Below, piece by piece: positions 18,534 through 28,795 of a stretch of DNA of 39,981 nucleotides. The notes beneath the pieces are model-generated. The model was not told where the DNA came from and searched no databases. It worked only from the letters and a program-made list of their open reading frames with translations. Position numbers and translations under genes: made by a program. The stretch lies in NCBI GenBank assembly GCA_034660555.1, contig JAYEJL010000135.1, positions 1 to 39,981 of the forward strand, given 5' to 3'. The stretch comes from Thermotogota bacterium (GTDB lineage: Bacteria; Thermotogota; Thermotogae; Petrotogales; Kosmotogaceae). Position 1 is the stretch's first letter. Each line of letters starts with the position of its first letter.

Positions 18534-19808
18534 ATGAGAGATTACAAAAAAATATCGCTCTGGAAGGATGTTACAGAAGAGCAGTGGAATGACTGGCACT
18601 GGCAAGTTAGCAACAGAATCACCACTGTTGATAGATTAAAAAAGGTATTAAATTTAACCCCTGCTGAACAGAATGGAATAAAGAACTGTCTTGACACGCT
18701 ACGAATGTCTGTCACTCCTTATTATGCAACACTAATGGATTACGATAACACGAGAGATCCTATCAGAAGGCAGGCGGTCCCGACCGAAAATGAACTGATG
18801 TTCGATCGTTGGGACATGGTAGATCCTCTTGACGAAGACGAGGATTCACCAGTAGTCGGATTAACACACCGCTATCCTGACAGGGTTCTTTTTCTGGTTA
18901 CCGATCAGTGTTCAATGTATTGCAGACATTGCACGAGAAGACGCTTTGCAGGTCACAAAGATAAGCCACGATCGAAGAAAGAATTGGATGATGCTATTGA
19001 ATATATAAAAGAGACACCTCAAGTTAGAGATGTTCTGCTTTCTGGTGGAGACCCATTATTACTAAGCAACTATGGACTTGAATACATAATAAAGGAACTG
19101 AGAAAAATCAAGCATGTGGAAATCATAAGAATAGGAACACGCACGCCTGCTGTTTTACCACAAAGAATAACTCCCGCTCTTGTAAATATGCTGAAAAAAT
19201 ATCACCCTATATGGTTAAATACTCATTTCAACCATCCCAAAGAAATAACACCTGATTCAAAGAAAGCATGCGAAATGCTTGCAGATGCGGGAATACCGTT
19301 AGGCAATCAATCGGTATTGTTGAAGGGCATAAATGATAGTGCTTACATAATGATGGAACTGGTGCACAGGCTGGTTGAAATCAGAGTAAGACCATATTAT
19401 ATGTATCAGTGTGACCTATCTCAGGGTATCAAGCATTTTAGAACATCCATAAGAAAAGGCATTTCAATTATGGAGTCGTTAATCGGGCATACATCAGGCT
19501 TTTGTGTGCCAACATTTGTGGTAGATGCTCCCGGAGGAGGCGGAAAAATAAGGGTTATGCCCCAGTACATGGTATCGGAATCTGATAAAACTGTTGTTCT
19601 CAGAAACTATGAAGGTGTGATAACTACTTATCACGAACCGGATGATATAACCACAGATGTCAATGATACAGAATACAGAAAGAAGTACAAACTTACAGGG
19701 GTTGCCGGCTTAATGCAGGGCAAAAAAATAAACATTGAACCTTCAGACCTTGAACGTAGAAAAAGAATCAAAAGCTGGAAAAGCAAAACTTCTGCAAAGA
19801 AAAAATAG
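18534..19808 (+). CDS. kamA: Lysine 2,3-aminomutase (radical SAM, PLP)
   Basis: [15 protein letters not shown] radical SAM motif, [18 protein letters not shown] lysine. Confidence 0.97.
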   Translation: MRDYKKISLWKDVTEEQWNDWHWQVSNRITTVDRLKKVLNLTPAEQNGIKNCLDTLRMSVTPYYATLMDYDNTRDPIRRQAVPTENELMFDRWDMVDPLDEDEDSPVVGLTHRYPDRVLFLVTDQCSMYCRHCTRRRFAGHKDKPRSKKELDDAIEYIKETPQVRDVLLSGGDPLLLSNYGLEYIIKELRKIKHVEIIRIGTRTPAVLPQRITPALVNMLKKYHPIWLNTHFNHPKEITPDSKKACEMLADAGIPLGNQSVLLKGINDSAYIMMELVHRLVEIRVRPYYMYQCDLSQGIKHFRTSIRKGISIMESLIGHTSGFCVPTFVVDAPGGGGKIRVMPQYMVSESDKTVVLRNYEGVITTYHEPDDITTDVNDTEYRKKYKLTGVAGLMQGKKINIEPSDLERRKRIKSWKSKTSAKKK

Positions 19809-19906
19809 ATGTTCTGTGTTCTTTTGTAATAGGTTTTCATAATCACTCCATTAATTTATCGGGGAGGTGAAGGCGCGGTTCTTATGAACATCAAAGCGCC
19901 AAATAT

Positions 19907-20320
19907 GTGAAATATAAAGAGATTGAAGTGGGTAAAGTATATAAGAAAAAAACAAGTGTTACCGATGAAATGGTGAGAAAATTTGCCGAGATTACGGGTG
20001 ACGATAATCCTGTTCATTTGAACGATCAGTATGCAGCGACTACAATATTCAAAAAAAGAATATCTCATGGGGTTCTTGTTCTTGGATTGATATCAGCAGT
20101 TCTGGGAAGAGAGTTTCCTGGCCCCGGAACAATCTATCTTAATCAGAATGCTTCATTTAGGCGTCCAGTGTATCTTGATGAACCCATAACAGTTGTTATA
20201 GAGGTTCTGGAAAAAATCCCTGAAAAGTCTCGCCTGAAGTTATCAACAAATGTAATAAAGGTCAACGGAGAACTCGCTATTGATGGTGACGCGCTCGTAA
20301 TATTCAAAGATGAAGAATAG
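19907..20320 (+). CDS. MaoC/PhaJ-like (R)-specific enoyl-CoA hydratase
   Basis: FAEITGDDNPVH hydratase-2 motif, RISHG, FPGPGTIYLNQ. Confidence 0.9.
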   Translation: MKYKEIEVGKVYKKKTSVTDEMVRKFAEITGDDNPVHLNDQYAATTIFKKRISHGVLVLGLISAVLGREFPGPGTIYLNQNASFRRPVYLDEPITVVIEVLEKIPEKSRLKLSTNVIKVNGELAIDGDALVIFKDEE

Positions 20321-21332
20321 CAAAAAGTTACTGAAAGATATTACAAAGCACAAATGTGTTTCGATTGTCGGACTTGAAAAAAACACCGGAAAAACAGAAA
20401 CAATGAATTTCATCACTCGCAACATTCACAACAAACTTAATGTTGCTATAACGTCCATAGGGCTCGACGGTGAATTCTTTGATCAGATAGCGTACACCCC
20501 AAAACCACCTGTTAATATTTTTGAGGGTATGATATTCGCAACATGTGAAGCATTCTACAGGGAAAAGAAATTCCTGTCAGAAATCCTTTATATTAATGAA
20601 CACAGAACACCGCTTGGAAGAAGCGTCATTGCGAAAGCTAAAGAAGACGGACAAATAGTTTTAGCTGGACCGGTCATAAATGCATATCTCAAAGAATTGT
20701 TGAATGATTTTTGGAAGTTAAACAGTGATCTGATTATCATAGATGGAGCATTTTCGAGGATAAGTCATTCTTCACCGTTGATCTCCGATGCAGTAATACT
20801 TGCCACGGGCGCAACGGTTTCTTTAAATATAAATATTCTTGTCAATAAAACTCTTGAGATAACAAGAATTATGAACCTTAAAGAGTACTCAGGAACATCA
20901 GTAAATTGCGAACGATTGGGACGCGGTCTGTATCTTATAAACGAAAAAAACGGTGAAATAACGAATTTACCCTTTGATTCCACAATCACCTCTACGGAAG
21001 GTATTGAGGATTACTTAATAGGCAAACAAACACTTTTCTTATCTGGGGCTATAACAGGCAGTTTTTTAAGAATGTTAGTTCAAAAAGGACTGGCAAAGGA
21101 TCTTACTGTAGTTGCTAAAGATTACACCAGAATTTTTGCATCACTTGGAGATATTGAGAGGTTTGAAAGAAAGGGTGGAAGGTTAGAAGTGATGTACAAT
21201 GTTAATCTCATTGGTATCACTATCAATCCATGGTCCCCCACGGGATACAAATACAGTTCTGCTGAATTAGTTGACGCGCTACAAAGCAGGGTAAAAGTTC
21301 CCGTGGTTGATGTACTGGCGGAGGATAACTAA
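20310..21332 (+). CDS. KamB-like P-loop protein of the lysine fermentation cluster
   Basis: SIVGLEKNTGKTET, TSIGLDGE, IIDGA; position between kamA and the MutS-like gene. Confidence 0.75.
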   Translation: MKNSKKLLKDITKHKCVSIVGLEKNTGKTETMNFITRNIHNKLNVAITSIGLDGEFFDQIAYTPKPPVNIFEGMIFATCEAFYREKKFLSEILYINEHRTPLGRSVIAKAKEDGQIVLAGPVINAYLKELLNDFWKLNSDLIIIDGAFSRISHSSPLISDAVILATGATVSLNINILVNKTLEITRIMNLKEYSGTSVNCERLGRGLYLINEKNGEITNLPFDSTITSTEGIEDYLIGKQTLFLSGAITGSFLRMLVQKGLAKDLTVVAKDYTRIFASLGDIERFERKGGRLEVMYNVNLIGITINPWSPTGYKYSSAELVDALQSRVKVPVVDVLAEDN

Positions 21333-21333
21333 G

Positions 21334-22749
21334 ATGCGAAATGAAGAAATAAGAGAGATTACAGGATTGAACGCACTGTTGCAAAAGATGAATTGCAGCT
21401 CCATACCGGGAAAGAAGCATGTAGCTGATATAAAATTTTACAAAACAAAGGAAAACATCAAAAAGGAACTGGATGCGCTAGATTCCTGTTTAGAATACTT
21501 CCGTAACGATGAATTAGTGAATAAAATAAAAAAGCTTCTCTACTCATTGAGGAATATATCTTATACCCTTAAAAAATTGGAGCATTCAGATTGCATTCTT
21601 GATGATATCCAGCTATTTGAATTGAAGGAATTTGCTCTACTGAGCGAAGAATCAAGACAGGTTATGTATAATTGCCCGAAATTTCTTGAATTAAAGAAGC
21701 TGGACGATGTCGTCAAACTGCTAGACCCTGAAAACACAAAATTAAGGCATTTCTATATCTATGATACCTACGACAAGGAACTCGAAAAACTGAGGAGTGA
21801 AAAGAAAAAGCTTCTGAAAATACGGAATGATCCGGAAAAATTGCGTAAAATTGAAACGAGGGAAGAGGAAATCGAAGAAAATGTTCGAAAGCGTTTGAGT
21901 AAATCTCTTTTTGAAAAAAGTAATAGGCTCAAAGACAACTTCGAACGACTTATAAAACTGGATATATATATCGCAAAGATTGAACTGATCAAGAAATATA
22001 AACTCAACAAACCTTCGATTGCTGAAGACGAAATTAGTTACAAAGGCTTGTTCAATCCCCTTTTGAAGGAAAGTCTTGAACGTATAAAGAAAAAATTCCA
22101 GCCTGTAAGCGTGAGTATAGACAATGGTTCAACGATAATAACGGGTGCTAACATGACAGGAAAATCAGTATTATTGAGAACCTTAGCCCTGAGTCAACAG
22201 CTTTTTCAGATGGGATTTTACGTACCCGCGGAAAATGCAAAAATAGTACCCGTCGATACGATACATCTTATTTCAGGGGATTACCAATCCATGTTGAGGG
22301 GACTCTCCTCTTTTGCAGCAGAAATGATAGAACTGGATAGAGCTGTTAAAGACACTGAGAGTGGACTAAGAGGATTGTTGCTCTTTGATGAGCCAGCAAG
22401 AAATACTAATCCATATGAAGGTCATGTCATTGTAAAGGCATGCATTCTCTTCTATGCAAACAAAAAAACATTCGCAGTTGCTGCAACCCACTACGATTTG
22501 AAGGTTGCAAACAGCAAAATAAAGCAGTATCGTGTAAAAGGGTTGATTGAAGACAGTTTAACACAGGAAGAAATACACCCTGAAAATATTATCGATTACG
22601 TTGATTATTCCTTGCAGCGTGTAAGTCCAGAAGAAACAGTTCCAAAAGAAGCGTTAAGAGTTCTCAAGCTCCTTAAACTGGATAATCCATTATTTGATAA
22701 AGCAAAGAATATATTACTCGAAGACAGGAGGAATCATGAAGATGAGTAA
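21334..22749 (+). CDS. KamC-like MutS-domain-V ATPase (putative lysine 5,6-aminomutase reactivation factor)
   Basis: GANMTGKS Walker A, LSSFAAEM, LLLFDEPARNTN, ATHYD; no mismatch-binding domain. Confidence 0.8.
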   Translation: MRNEEIREITGLNALLQKMNCSSIPGKKHVADIKFYKTKENIKKELDALDSCLEYFRNDELVNKIKKLLYSLRNISYTLKKLEHSDCILDDIQLFELKEFALLSEESRQVMYNCPKFLELKKLDDVVKLLDPENTKLRHFYIYDTYDKELEKLRSEKKKLLKIRNDPEKLRKIETREEEIEENVRKRLSKSLFEKSNRLKDNFERLIKLDIYIAKIELIKKYKLNKPSIAEDEISYKGLFNPLLKESLERIKKKFQPVSVSIDNGSTIITGANMTGKSVLLRTLALSQQLFQMGFYVPAENAKIVPVDTIHLISGDYQSMLRGLSSFAAEMIELDRAVKDTESGLRGLLLFDEPARNTNPYEGHVIVKACILFYANKKTFAVAATHYDLKVANSKIKQYRVKGLIEDSLTQEEIHPENIIDYVDYSLQRVSPEETVPKEALRVLKLLKLDNPLFDKAKNILLEDRRNHEDE

Positions 22750-24298
22750 ACTGGGACTTGACTTCACAAAAGTAGAAAGAGCAAGAGAGCTTTCCAGGAA
22801 GATAGCTGATGATGTTCAAACATATGTAGAACAACATACAACAACAAGTATTGAAAGAGCTATTTGCAGACTATTGGGTATTGATGGCGTAGATGAAGAG
22901 GGTATTCCGTTACCAAACATCGTTGTAAAACAGCTAACAGACAATAATCTTCTAAATGAAGGAATATGCCGTTTTCTCGGGAATACGATTTTAGAAACGG
23001 GCATGGATGCTCAAGAAATTGCTAATAAAGTCTCCAGCGGGGAGCTTGACATAACAAGGTTAAAAATGCATCCGCTGGATGAAATCAAGTTAACACTTAA
23101 ACCTCTTGTTGATAAGGCTGTTAATCGCGTCAGGAAAAATAGGGATAAGCGAGAAGATCTTCTAGATAGAATTGGTGAAGGACCAAGACCTTATTTATAT
23201 GTAATTGTTGCGACAGGAAACATATACGAGGATGCCATACAGGCCAAAGCAGCTGTAGAACAGGGAGCAGATATTGTTGCTGTTATCCGATCAACAGCAC
23301 AGAGTTTGCTTGATTATGTGCCCTACGGAGCAACTACCGAGGGCTACGGAGGTACCTATGCTACCCAGGAAAATTTCCGGATTATGAGAAAAGCTCTTGA
23401 TGAAGCTGGTGAGAAGGCTGGGAAATATATAAGATTATGCAATTACTGCTCGGGATTATGTATGCCTGAAATTGCTGTCATGGGGGCTTTTGAACGGCTA
23501 GACGTCATGTTAAACGACGCCCTTTATGGGATTCTTTTCCGGGATATTAACATGAAACGTACGCTGATAGATCAGTTTTCCTCCAGGGTTATCAATGGGT
23601 TCGCCGGTGTAGTAATAAATACTGGTGAAGATAATTATTTGACAACTTCGGACGCATATGAAGCTGCACACACGGTTCTTGCATCGCAGTTTATTAACGA
23701 AAGACTGGCGCTTCTTGCTGGAATATCCGAGGAACAGATGGGACTGGGTCACGCCTTCGAGATGGACCCCTCAATGAAAAACGGCTTCCTGTATGAGCTT
23801 GCTCAAGCGCAGTTATCCAGAGAGATATTCCCCAAAGCTCCACTCAAGTACATGCCACCAACGCGCTACAAAACAGGAAATATATTTAAAGGTCACATAC
23901 AGGATGCCATGTTTAATGTCATTTCAATAATGACAAATCAGGCCATCCAGTTGCTGGGAATGCCTACAGAGGCAATCCATACACCCTTTATGGGCGACAG
24001 ATATCTATCCATAGAAAATGCTCAGTACATTTTCAACAATATGAGAGACATCAGCAAAGAAATAAGCTTTAAAGATGGAGGAATAATACAAGAACGAGCG
24101 AAAAAGGTACTCGATGAGGCAATATTTTTGCTTGAACACATATCAGAGGGAGGTTTGTTTAGTGCGCTTGAAAAGGGTATCTTCGCAGATATTAAGCGGC
24201 CCAGAGATGGCGGAAAAGGTTTGGACGGAGTTGCCGAGAAATCTGAAGATTACTTCAATCCCTTTATCTCTGAAATGCTAGGAGGGAATTTGAAATGA
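22736..24298 (+). CDS. kamD: Lysine 5,6-aminomutase alpha subunit
   Basis: YVIVATGNIYED, AVIRSTAQSLLDY, NYCSGLCMPE, INTGEDNY, KYMPPT. Confidence 0.96.
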   Translation: MKMSKLGLDFTKVERARELSRKIADDVQTYVEQHTTTSIERAICRLLGIDGVDEEGIPLPNIVVKQLTDNNLLNEGICRFLGNTILETGMDAQEIANKVSSGELDITRLKMHPLDEIKLTLKPLVDKAVNRVRKNRDKREDLLDRIGEGPRPYLYVIVATGNIYEDAIQAKAAVEQGADIVAVIRSTAQSLLDYVPYGATTEGYGGTYATQENFRIMRKALDEAGEKAGKYIRLCNYCSGLCMPEIAVMGAFERLDVMLNDALYGILFRDINMKRTLIDQFSSRVINGFAGVVINTGEDNYLTTSDAYEAAHTVLASQFINERLALLAGISEEQMGLGHAFEMDPSMKNGFLYELAQAQLSREIFPKAPLKYMPPTRYKTGNIFKGHIQDAMFNVISIMTNQAIQLLGMPTEAIHTPFMGDRYLSIENAQYIFNNMRDISKEISFKDGGIIQERAKKVLDEAIFLLEHISEGGLFSALEKGIFADIKRPRDGGKGLDGVAEKSEDYFNPFISEMLGGNLK

Positions 24299-25041
24299 AA
24301 AAAATCGACGCAAAAGCCATTAGACCATATGGAGATACGCTAAACGACGGAAAGATTCAACTAAGTTTTACACTGCCTGTTAAATCTGGCGAAAGAGCAA
24401 AAACAGCGGCTAAAAAACTGATGATAAAGATGGGGTTTTCAAATCCACAAGTAGTCTATCAGAAATCGTTAAGTGAAGGCTTTACGTTTTTTGTAGTCTA
24501 TGGAGATTGCACACATACTATTGATTATACAAAAATTGAGGATACGGGTATCGCAATAACCAGAAGAAGCATGAAAGAGATTGACAGTCACATAAAAGAA
24601 AAAATCGGAAGAAAAATCGTGGTGGTGGGTGCAACAACAGGATCAGATGCTCATACTGTTGGACTTGATGCCATAATGAACATGAAAGGATTCGCCGGTC
24701 ATTACGGACTGGAGAGATATGAAATGATTGAAGCCTACAACCTTGGGAGCCAGGTTCAAAATATGGAACTGATAAGAAAAGGAATAGAAGTAAGTGCCGA
24801 TGCCCTGCTTGTATCCCAGACAGTTACAGCAAAAAACGCTCATGTTAAGAATCTTACAGAGCTGGTCGAGCTTCTCGAGGCGGAGAACATTAGAGATAGA
24901 TTCATCCTCATTGTCGGCGGGTCAAGGATAAGTCACGAACTTGCCAGAGAACTTGGTTTTGATGCGGGTTTTGGTCCGGGAACATATGCAGAAGATGTTG
25001 CATCTTTCATACTTGACGAACTGGCAGAAAGAAACAAATAA
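24295..25041 (+). CDS. kamE: Lysine 5,6-aminomutase beta subunit (cobalamin-binding)
   Basis: PYGDTLNDG, DAHTVG (DxHxxG), NMKG PLP lysine, DAGFGPG. Confidence 0.96.
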   Translation: MKKIDAKAIRPYGDTLNDGKIQLSFTLPVKSGERAKTAAKKLMIKMGFSNPQVVYQKSLSEGFTFFVVYGDCTHTIDYTKIEDTGIAITRRSMKEIDSHIKEKIGRKIVVVGATTGSDAHTVGLDAIMNMKGFAGHYGLERYEMIEAYNLGSQVQNMELIRKGIEVSADALLVSQTVTAKNAHVKNLTELVELLEAENIRDRFILIVGGSRISHELARELGFDAGFGPGTYAEDVASFILDELAERNK

Positions 25042-25043
25042 AA

Positions 25044-26324
25044 TCAATTTTTAAATTTTTTCCATTTCTGAAGCATATCTTTATAAACATCTTCTGGAAT
25101 CATCGATCCACCCGTTAACCAGACAATATGGTTGGCTTTTTCTTTGATATTACACTGCTCTGTTGTTTGCAAAGGACCCGTAATTCCTGCAGCAGCGGAA
25201 GGCTCAATCTTTTCATTAATTACGTTTTTGACCACCATACTTAGATATGCCATCGTAGAGTCTTCCACCGTATAAAAACCATCTGCCAGAAATTTCATCA
25301 TGTTACATGATAGTTTTGATGGTTTAGAAACCGCGAGCCCATCCGCAATTGTTTTTCCATCTATACCAAAATCACGAACGTCAATTCTCTCACATTCTCC
25401 AGTTAAAACACCAAGAATCATTGCGGGTGCTTTAACAGGTTCTGCAAAATAACACCTGACATGCTTACCAAAGATATGTTTCAACCCAAAGGTAATTCCT
25501 CCAGGTGCACCCCCAACCCCGCAGGGAAGATAAACATAAAGAAGGTTATTTTCATCAATTGATATACCTTTCTCTTTAAGCTGCTTTTTCAGTCTTAAAG
25601 CTGCCGTGGCATAACCAAGAAAGAGTATTTCTGAATTTTCATCATCAACAAAGTATGATCCTGGATCACTTCTTGCGATTCTCCTACCTTCTTTCACCGC
25701 TTCTGAATAACTTGCTCTATGTTCTATGATATCTGCTCCTGCCTTCCTAAGCAGGGATTTTTTCCATTCTTTCGCATCGGTGGACATGTGGATTTCGACC
25801 TGAAACCCAAGTTTCTTTCCGATTATTCCAACACTCAAACCAAGATTTCCCGTTGAACCAACAAGTATTCTGTAATTTGAGAACATTTTCCTGTATTTGT
25901 TCTCACCAAGTATTCTGTAATCACTGCCCGTAAATCCTGCATTTTCAATTGCCAGTTTCTCTGCAAGAGCAAGCACTTCGTAGATTCCTCCACGGGATTT
26001 GATTGAACCAGTTATGGGAAGTTTGTTGTCGCACTTAAACAACAGATCTCCTTTTATCGGCTTATGGTATTCCCTCTCGAGAAAATCTTTCAATTGATCT
26101 GCGTATTTCAACTCAGATTCAATAATACCCTGCTCTACTTCAGGGAAGAACCTTTTTAAAAGTGGAGAAAATCTTTTCCAGCGATTCTCTGCGTCAATAA
26201 TATCGCTGTATTTAAGTTTTTGATTTTCCAGGTAATCAGCTGGATTATCTATCACATTGTCATTCTTCCAGAACACACTGGTGAACTTCTTTATCTTTTC
26301 AATAATTTCTTCCTTATTTTCCAT
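25044..26324 (-). CDS. dsdA: D-serine ammonia-lyase
   Basis: GSIKSRGG PLP lysine, GSTGNLGLS, FVDDE, LPCGVGGAPGG, TIADGLAV, EPSA. Confidence 0.92.
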   Translation of the reverse strand: MENKEEIIEKIKKFTSVFWKNDNVIDNPADYLENQKLKYSDIIDAENRWKRFSPLLKRFFPEVEQGIIESELKYADQLKDFLEREYHKPIKGDLLFKCDNKLPITGSIKSRGGIYEVLALAEKLAIENAGFTGSDYRILGENKYRKMFSNYRILVGSTGNLGLSVGIIGKKLGFQVEIHMSTDAKEWKKSLLRKAGADIIEHRASYSEAVKEGRRIARSDPGSYFVDDENSEILFLGYATAALRLKKQLKEKGISIDENNLLYVYLPCGVGGAPGGITFGLKHIFGKHVRCYFAEPVKAPAMILGVLTGECERIDVRDFGIDGKTIADGLAVSKPSKLSCNMMKFLADGFYTVEDSTMAYLSMVVKNVINEKIEPSAAAGITGPLQTTEQCNIKEKANHIVWLTGGSMIPEDVYKDMLQKWKKFKN

Positions 26325-26474
26325 AAATATCACCTTCAGAATTTTATGTCTCTATTCATATTATAACGAATCAACGAATTAGTTATTGTGAAACAGATAA
26401 ACATCTCATTTTCTACCACTTTAGTCTAATCCCTGTTGTGATAAAATTTACTCATTAAGCGCGGAGGATGATAG

Positions 26475-27374
26475 ATGAATACCCTTGTTGTAGTTAATCC
26501 AGCTGCCTCAGCGGGGCGAGCTATTAAAGATTACAAAAATACCATCGAAGAATTATTACATAAATATCTGGGCGACTTCAGTGTTAAATACACTTCAGGC
26601 GTCGGTGATGCTGCAAGATTTGCCATTAAAGGAGAACGCTTCGATAGGGTGATATGCGTTGGTGGAGATGGTACTCTTAATGAAATAGTTAATGGTCTTC
26701 ATAACGCAAATCTGGACATTCCAATCGGGCTTGTAAGTGTTGGAACAGGGAATGATTTTAAGAAAACACTGGGTCTGGTAGGCAGTTATGAGTATATGAT
26801 CCAGAGAATTTCCAATGGAAAACCTAAAGTGTTTGATTTGCTTGAAGCGACATATAAAGGTCTTGATGAAACAATAATAACCAGGCTTGCTGTAAATATC
26901 ATTGGTGCTGGATTTGACGCTGCTGTTTCACAAAGAATTAACGATGCGCGATTTAAAGTAAGAGGGAAAATGTCGTATGTGCTTTCTTTCCTACCAGAAT
27001 TCATGACTACAGGTACCTATCCTTTTGATTTTTCAACAAATGACAACCTCGTTCAAAAATCTTATTATTTTGTGGCATTTGGCAACGGAAAATATTTTGG
27101 TGGAGGTATGATGGTCTGTCCGGATGCAAAACCGGATGATGGGTATATAGATGCGGTTGGTATTGGTGGAATGCCAAAACTAAAACTACTGTATCATTTT
27201 CCCAAAATCTACAAAGGGAAGCATATCTCAGTAAAGGAAGTTGATCACGCCAAAGCCAAGGAATTCGATGTAAAAAGCAAAAAAGAAACGCCCATAGAAA
27301 TGGACGGAGAAGTTGTTGGAACCCTGCCACTGAAAATCAGGATAAAAGAAAAAGCTCTAAAGATATTATTGTAG
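26475..27374 (+). CDS. Diacylglycerol/lipid kinase family protein (YegS/DagK/BmrU)
   Basis: VNPAAS, GGDGTLNEIVNG, GTGNDF, YFGGG, DGE. Confidence 0.93.
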   Translation: MNTLVVVNPAASAGRAIKDYKNTIEELLHKYLGDFSVKYTSGVGDAARFAIKGERFDRVICVGGDGTLNEIVNGLHNANLDIPIGLVSVGTGNDFKKTLGLVGSYEYMIQRISNGKPKVFDLLEATYKGLDETIITRLAVNIIGAGFDAAVSQRINDARFKVRGKMSYVLSFLPEFMTTGTYPFDFSTNDNLVQKSYYFVAFGNGKYFGGGMMVCPDAKPDDGYIDAVGIGGMPKLKLLYHFPKIYKGKHISVKEVDHAKAKEFDVKSKKETPIEMDGEVVGTLPLKIRIKEKALKILL

Positions 27375-28244
27375 AACTTTTAGATTGACTATACCCGCTT
27401 CAATATAAATATTTGAATTCGCCCCAATATCATCACCTAGAGTGAATTTACCTTTATCAACAATGTTCACATCTTGTGCATCCACTGTCTTGATACCAGC
27501 AGATATATTAAAGTTTGCTCCAATTTCTGTTGCTAACTTTATCTCTGATCTAATGATTCCAGCATTCATCTTCAATTCAACGGGTGTCACCCTGGATAAA
27601 CTTATCTCCGAGTTGATTATTCCTGCATTAACGAGAACCTTCGAAATTTTGAGTACAGAAAGATCCATATTACATCGGGTGACAAATTGTTTGGTTTCAA
27701 TCTCATAGCTGTAAGCAGGGGACAATTCAAGCTCGATTTTTCTGCGCCCGTTCATAAAAAATGTGGTCTGTTCATGTTTCACGGTGAGTATTAACACATC
27801 ATCTTCTATCTTTCTTTCAATCTCCAGAGATGTTCTAGAAGGCCCTGTATAACTTAATTTTCCGGGGCTGTTACCAGAAATTACACCTTCATGGGGCTTA
27901 ACTACAAGTTCTCCAACAGCTGATTCCACAATGATTTTTATCTCTTTCCCCTCATAACTCTCAAGCTTTATTTCCTCTCGCATCGAAGCAGTAAAAGGTG
28001 TTGCCATATCGGAAGGCCAGAAAACCAGAAAAGCGACGAAACAAACTATTAGAATCCCGTTGACATATTTAAGCCATTTAAGACCCTTAACACTTGATAA
28101 TATTCCCATTCCAATAAATATTAATATTATGGGCCATAGAAAGATGAAGTTATATAGTACGTTGTAGAGTATCTCGGGGCCAAAGTAACCAAATATGAAC
28201 AACAGACCAAATATTACCAGTAACGTACCTATGGCGACCTTCAA
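27366..28244 (-). CDS. LiaF/LiaI-like membrane protein with extracytoplasmic beta-rich domain
   Basis: N-terminal TM segments with WPIILIFIG; C-terminal repeats of NAGI/SAGI/EAGI; downstream of pspC. Confidence 0.6.
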   Translation of the reverse strand: MKVAIGTLLVIFGLLFIFGYFGPEILYNVLYNFIFLWPIILIFIGMGILSSVKGLKWLKYVNGILIVCFVAFLVFWPSDMATPFTASMREEIKLESYEGKEIKIIVESAVGELVVKPHEGVISGNSPGKLSYTGPSRTSLEIERKIEDDVLILTVKHEQTTFFMNGRRKIELELSPAYSYEIETKQFVTRCNMDLSVLKISKVLVNAGIINSEISLSRVTPVELKMNAGIIRSEIKLATEIGANFNISAGIKTVDAQDVNIVDKGKFTLGDDIGANSNIYIEAGIVNLKVLQ

Positions 28245-28250
28245 GTTTTA

Positions 28251-28679
28251 TCACTCCTTCTCGAAGGATTTATAGATAATAATTCCTCCGCCAGCTACAA
28301 GTACAACTCCCAGAAGTATTTTCCATGACAGTGAAAACCAGCCTGCAGGTAAAAAGGCATTTAAAAGGAGAAATATTCCAATTATTATAATGATGGCTGC
28401 CAGTATTATTTTGGAACTTTCTGGTGACACAACTTTTCTATTTTCTTCCTCAGTAACTTCTTTAACTGTCTCTTCCTCTGTTTTTTCTGTCTCTTCAAAC
28501 GGTTTTCTTGGCATTATGATCATCGCTATTAAATACAGAATGATACCTGCACCACCGGCAAAAATAAGTAAAAAGAATATTAGCCTAATTATGGTTGGAT
28601 CTACATTTGCATATTCTGCAATGCCACCACAAACACCATCGATCATTTTTTCCTTACGAGATTTATAGAGTCTTTTCAC
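28251..28679 (-). CDS. pspC: PspC domain protein
   Basis: KRLYKSRKEKMIDGVCGGIAEY...DPTIIRL...YLIAMIIMP. Confidence 0.9.
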   Translation of the reverse strand: MKRLYKSRKEKMIDGVCGGIAEYANVDPTIIRLIFFLLIFAGGAGIILYLIAMIIMPRKPFEETEKTEEETVKEVTEEENRKVVSPESSKIILAAIIIIIGIFLLLNAFLPAGWFSLSWKILLGVVLVAGGGIIIYKSFEKE

Positions 28680-28795
28680 TAAATCACCTCCAAACTTTTA
28701 ATCCCGTTCTCATTTTGGTTAGATAGATAATAACATGTTAATTATAACAGTGGGATAGTTTTTTTATTGTGATAAAATCTTTGAGAGGTGATATT

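Noticed and set aside
21334..22749. DNA mismatch repair MutS or MutS2
   Set aside because: Only about 470 aa, with no mismatch-binding or Smr domain, and embedded in the kam operon.
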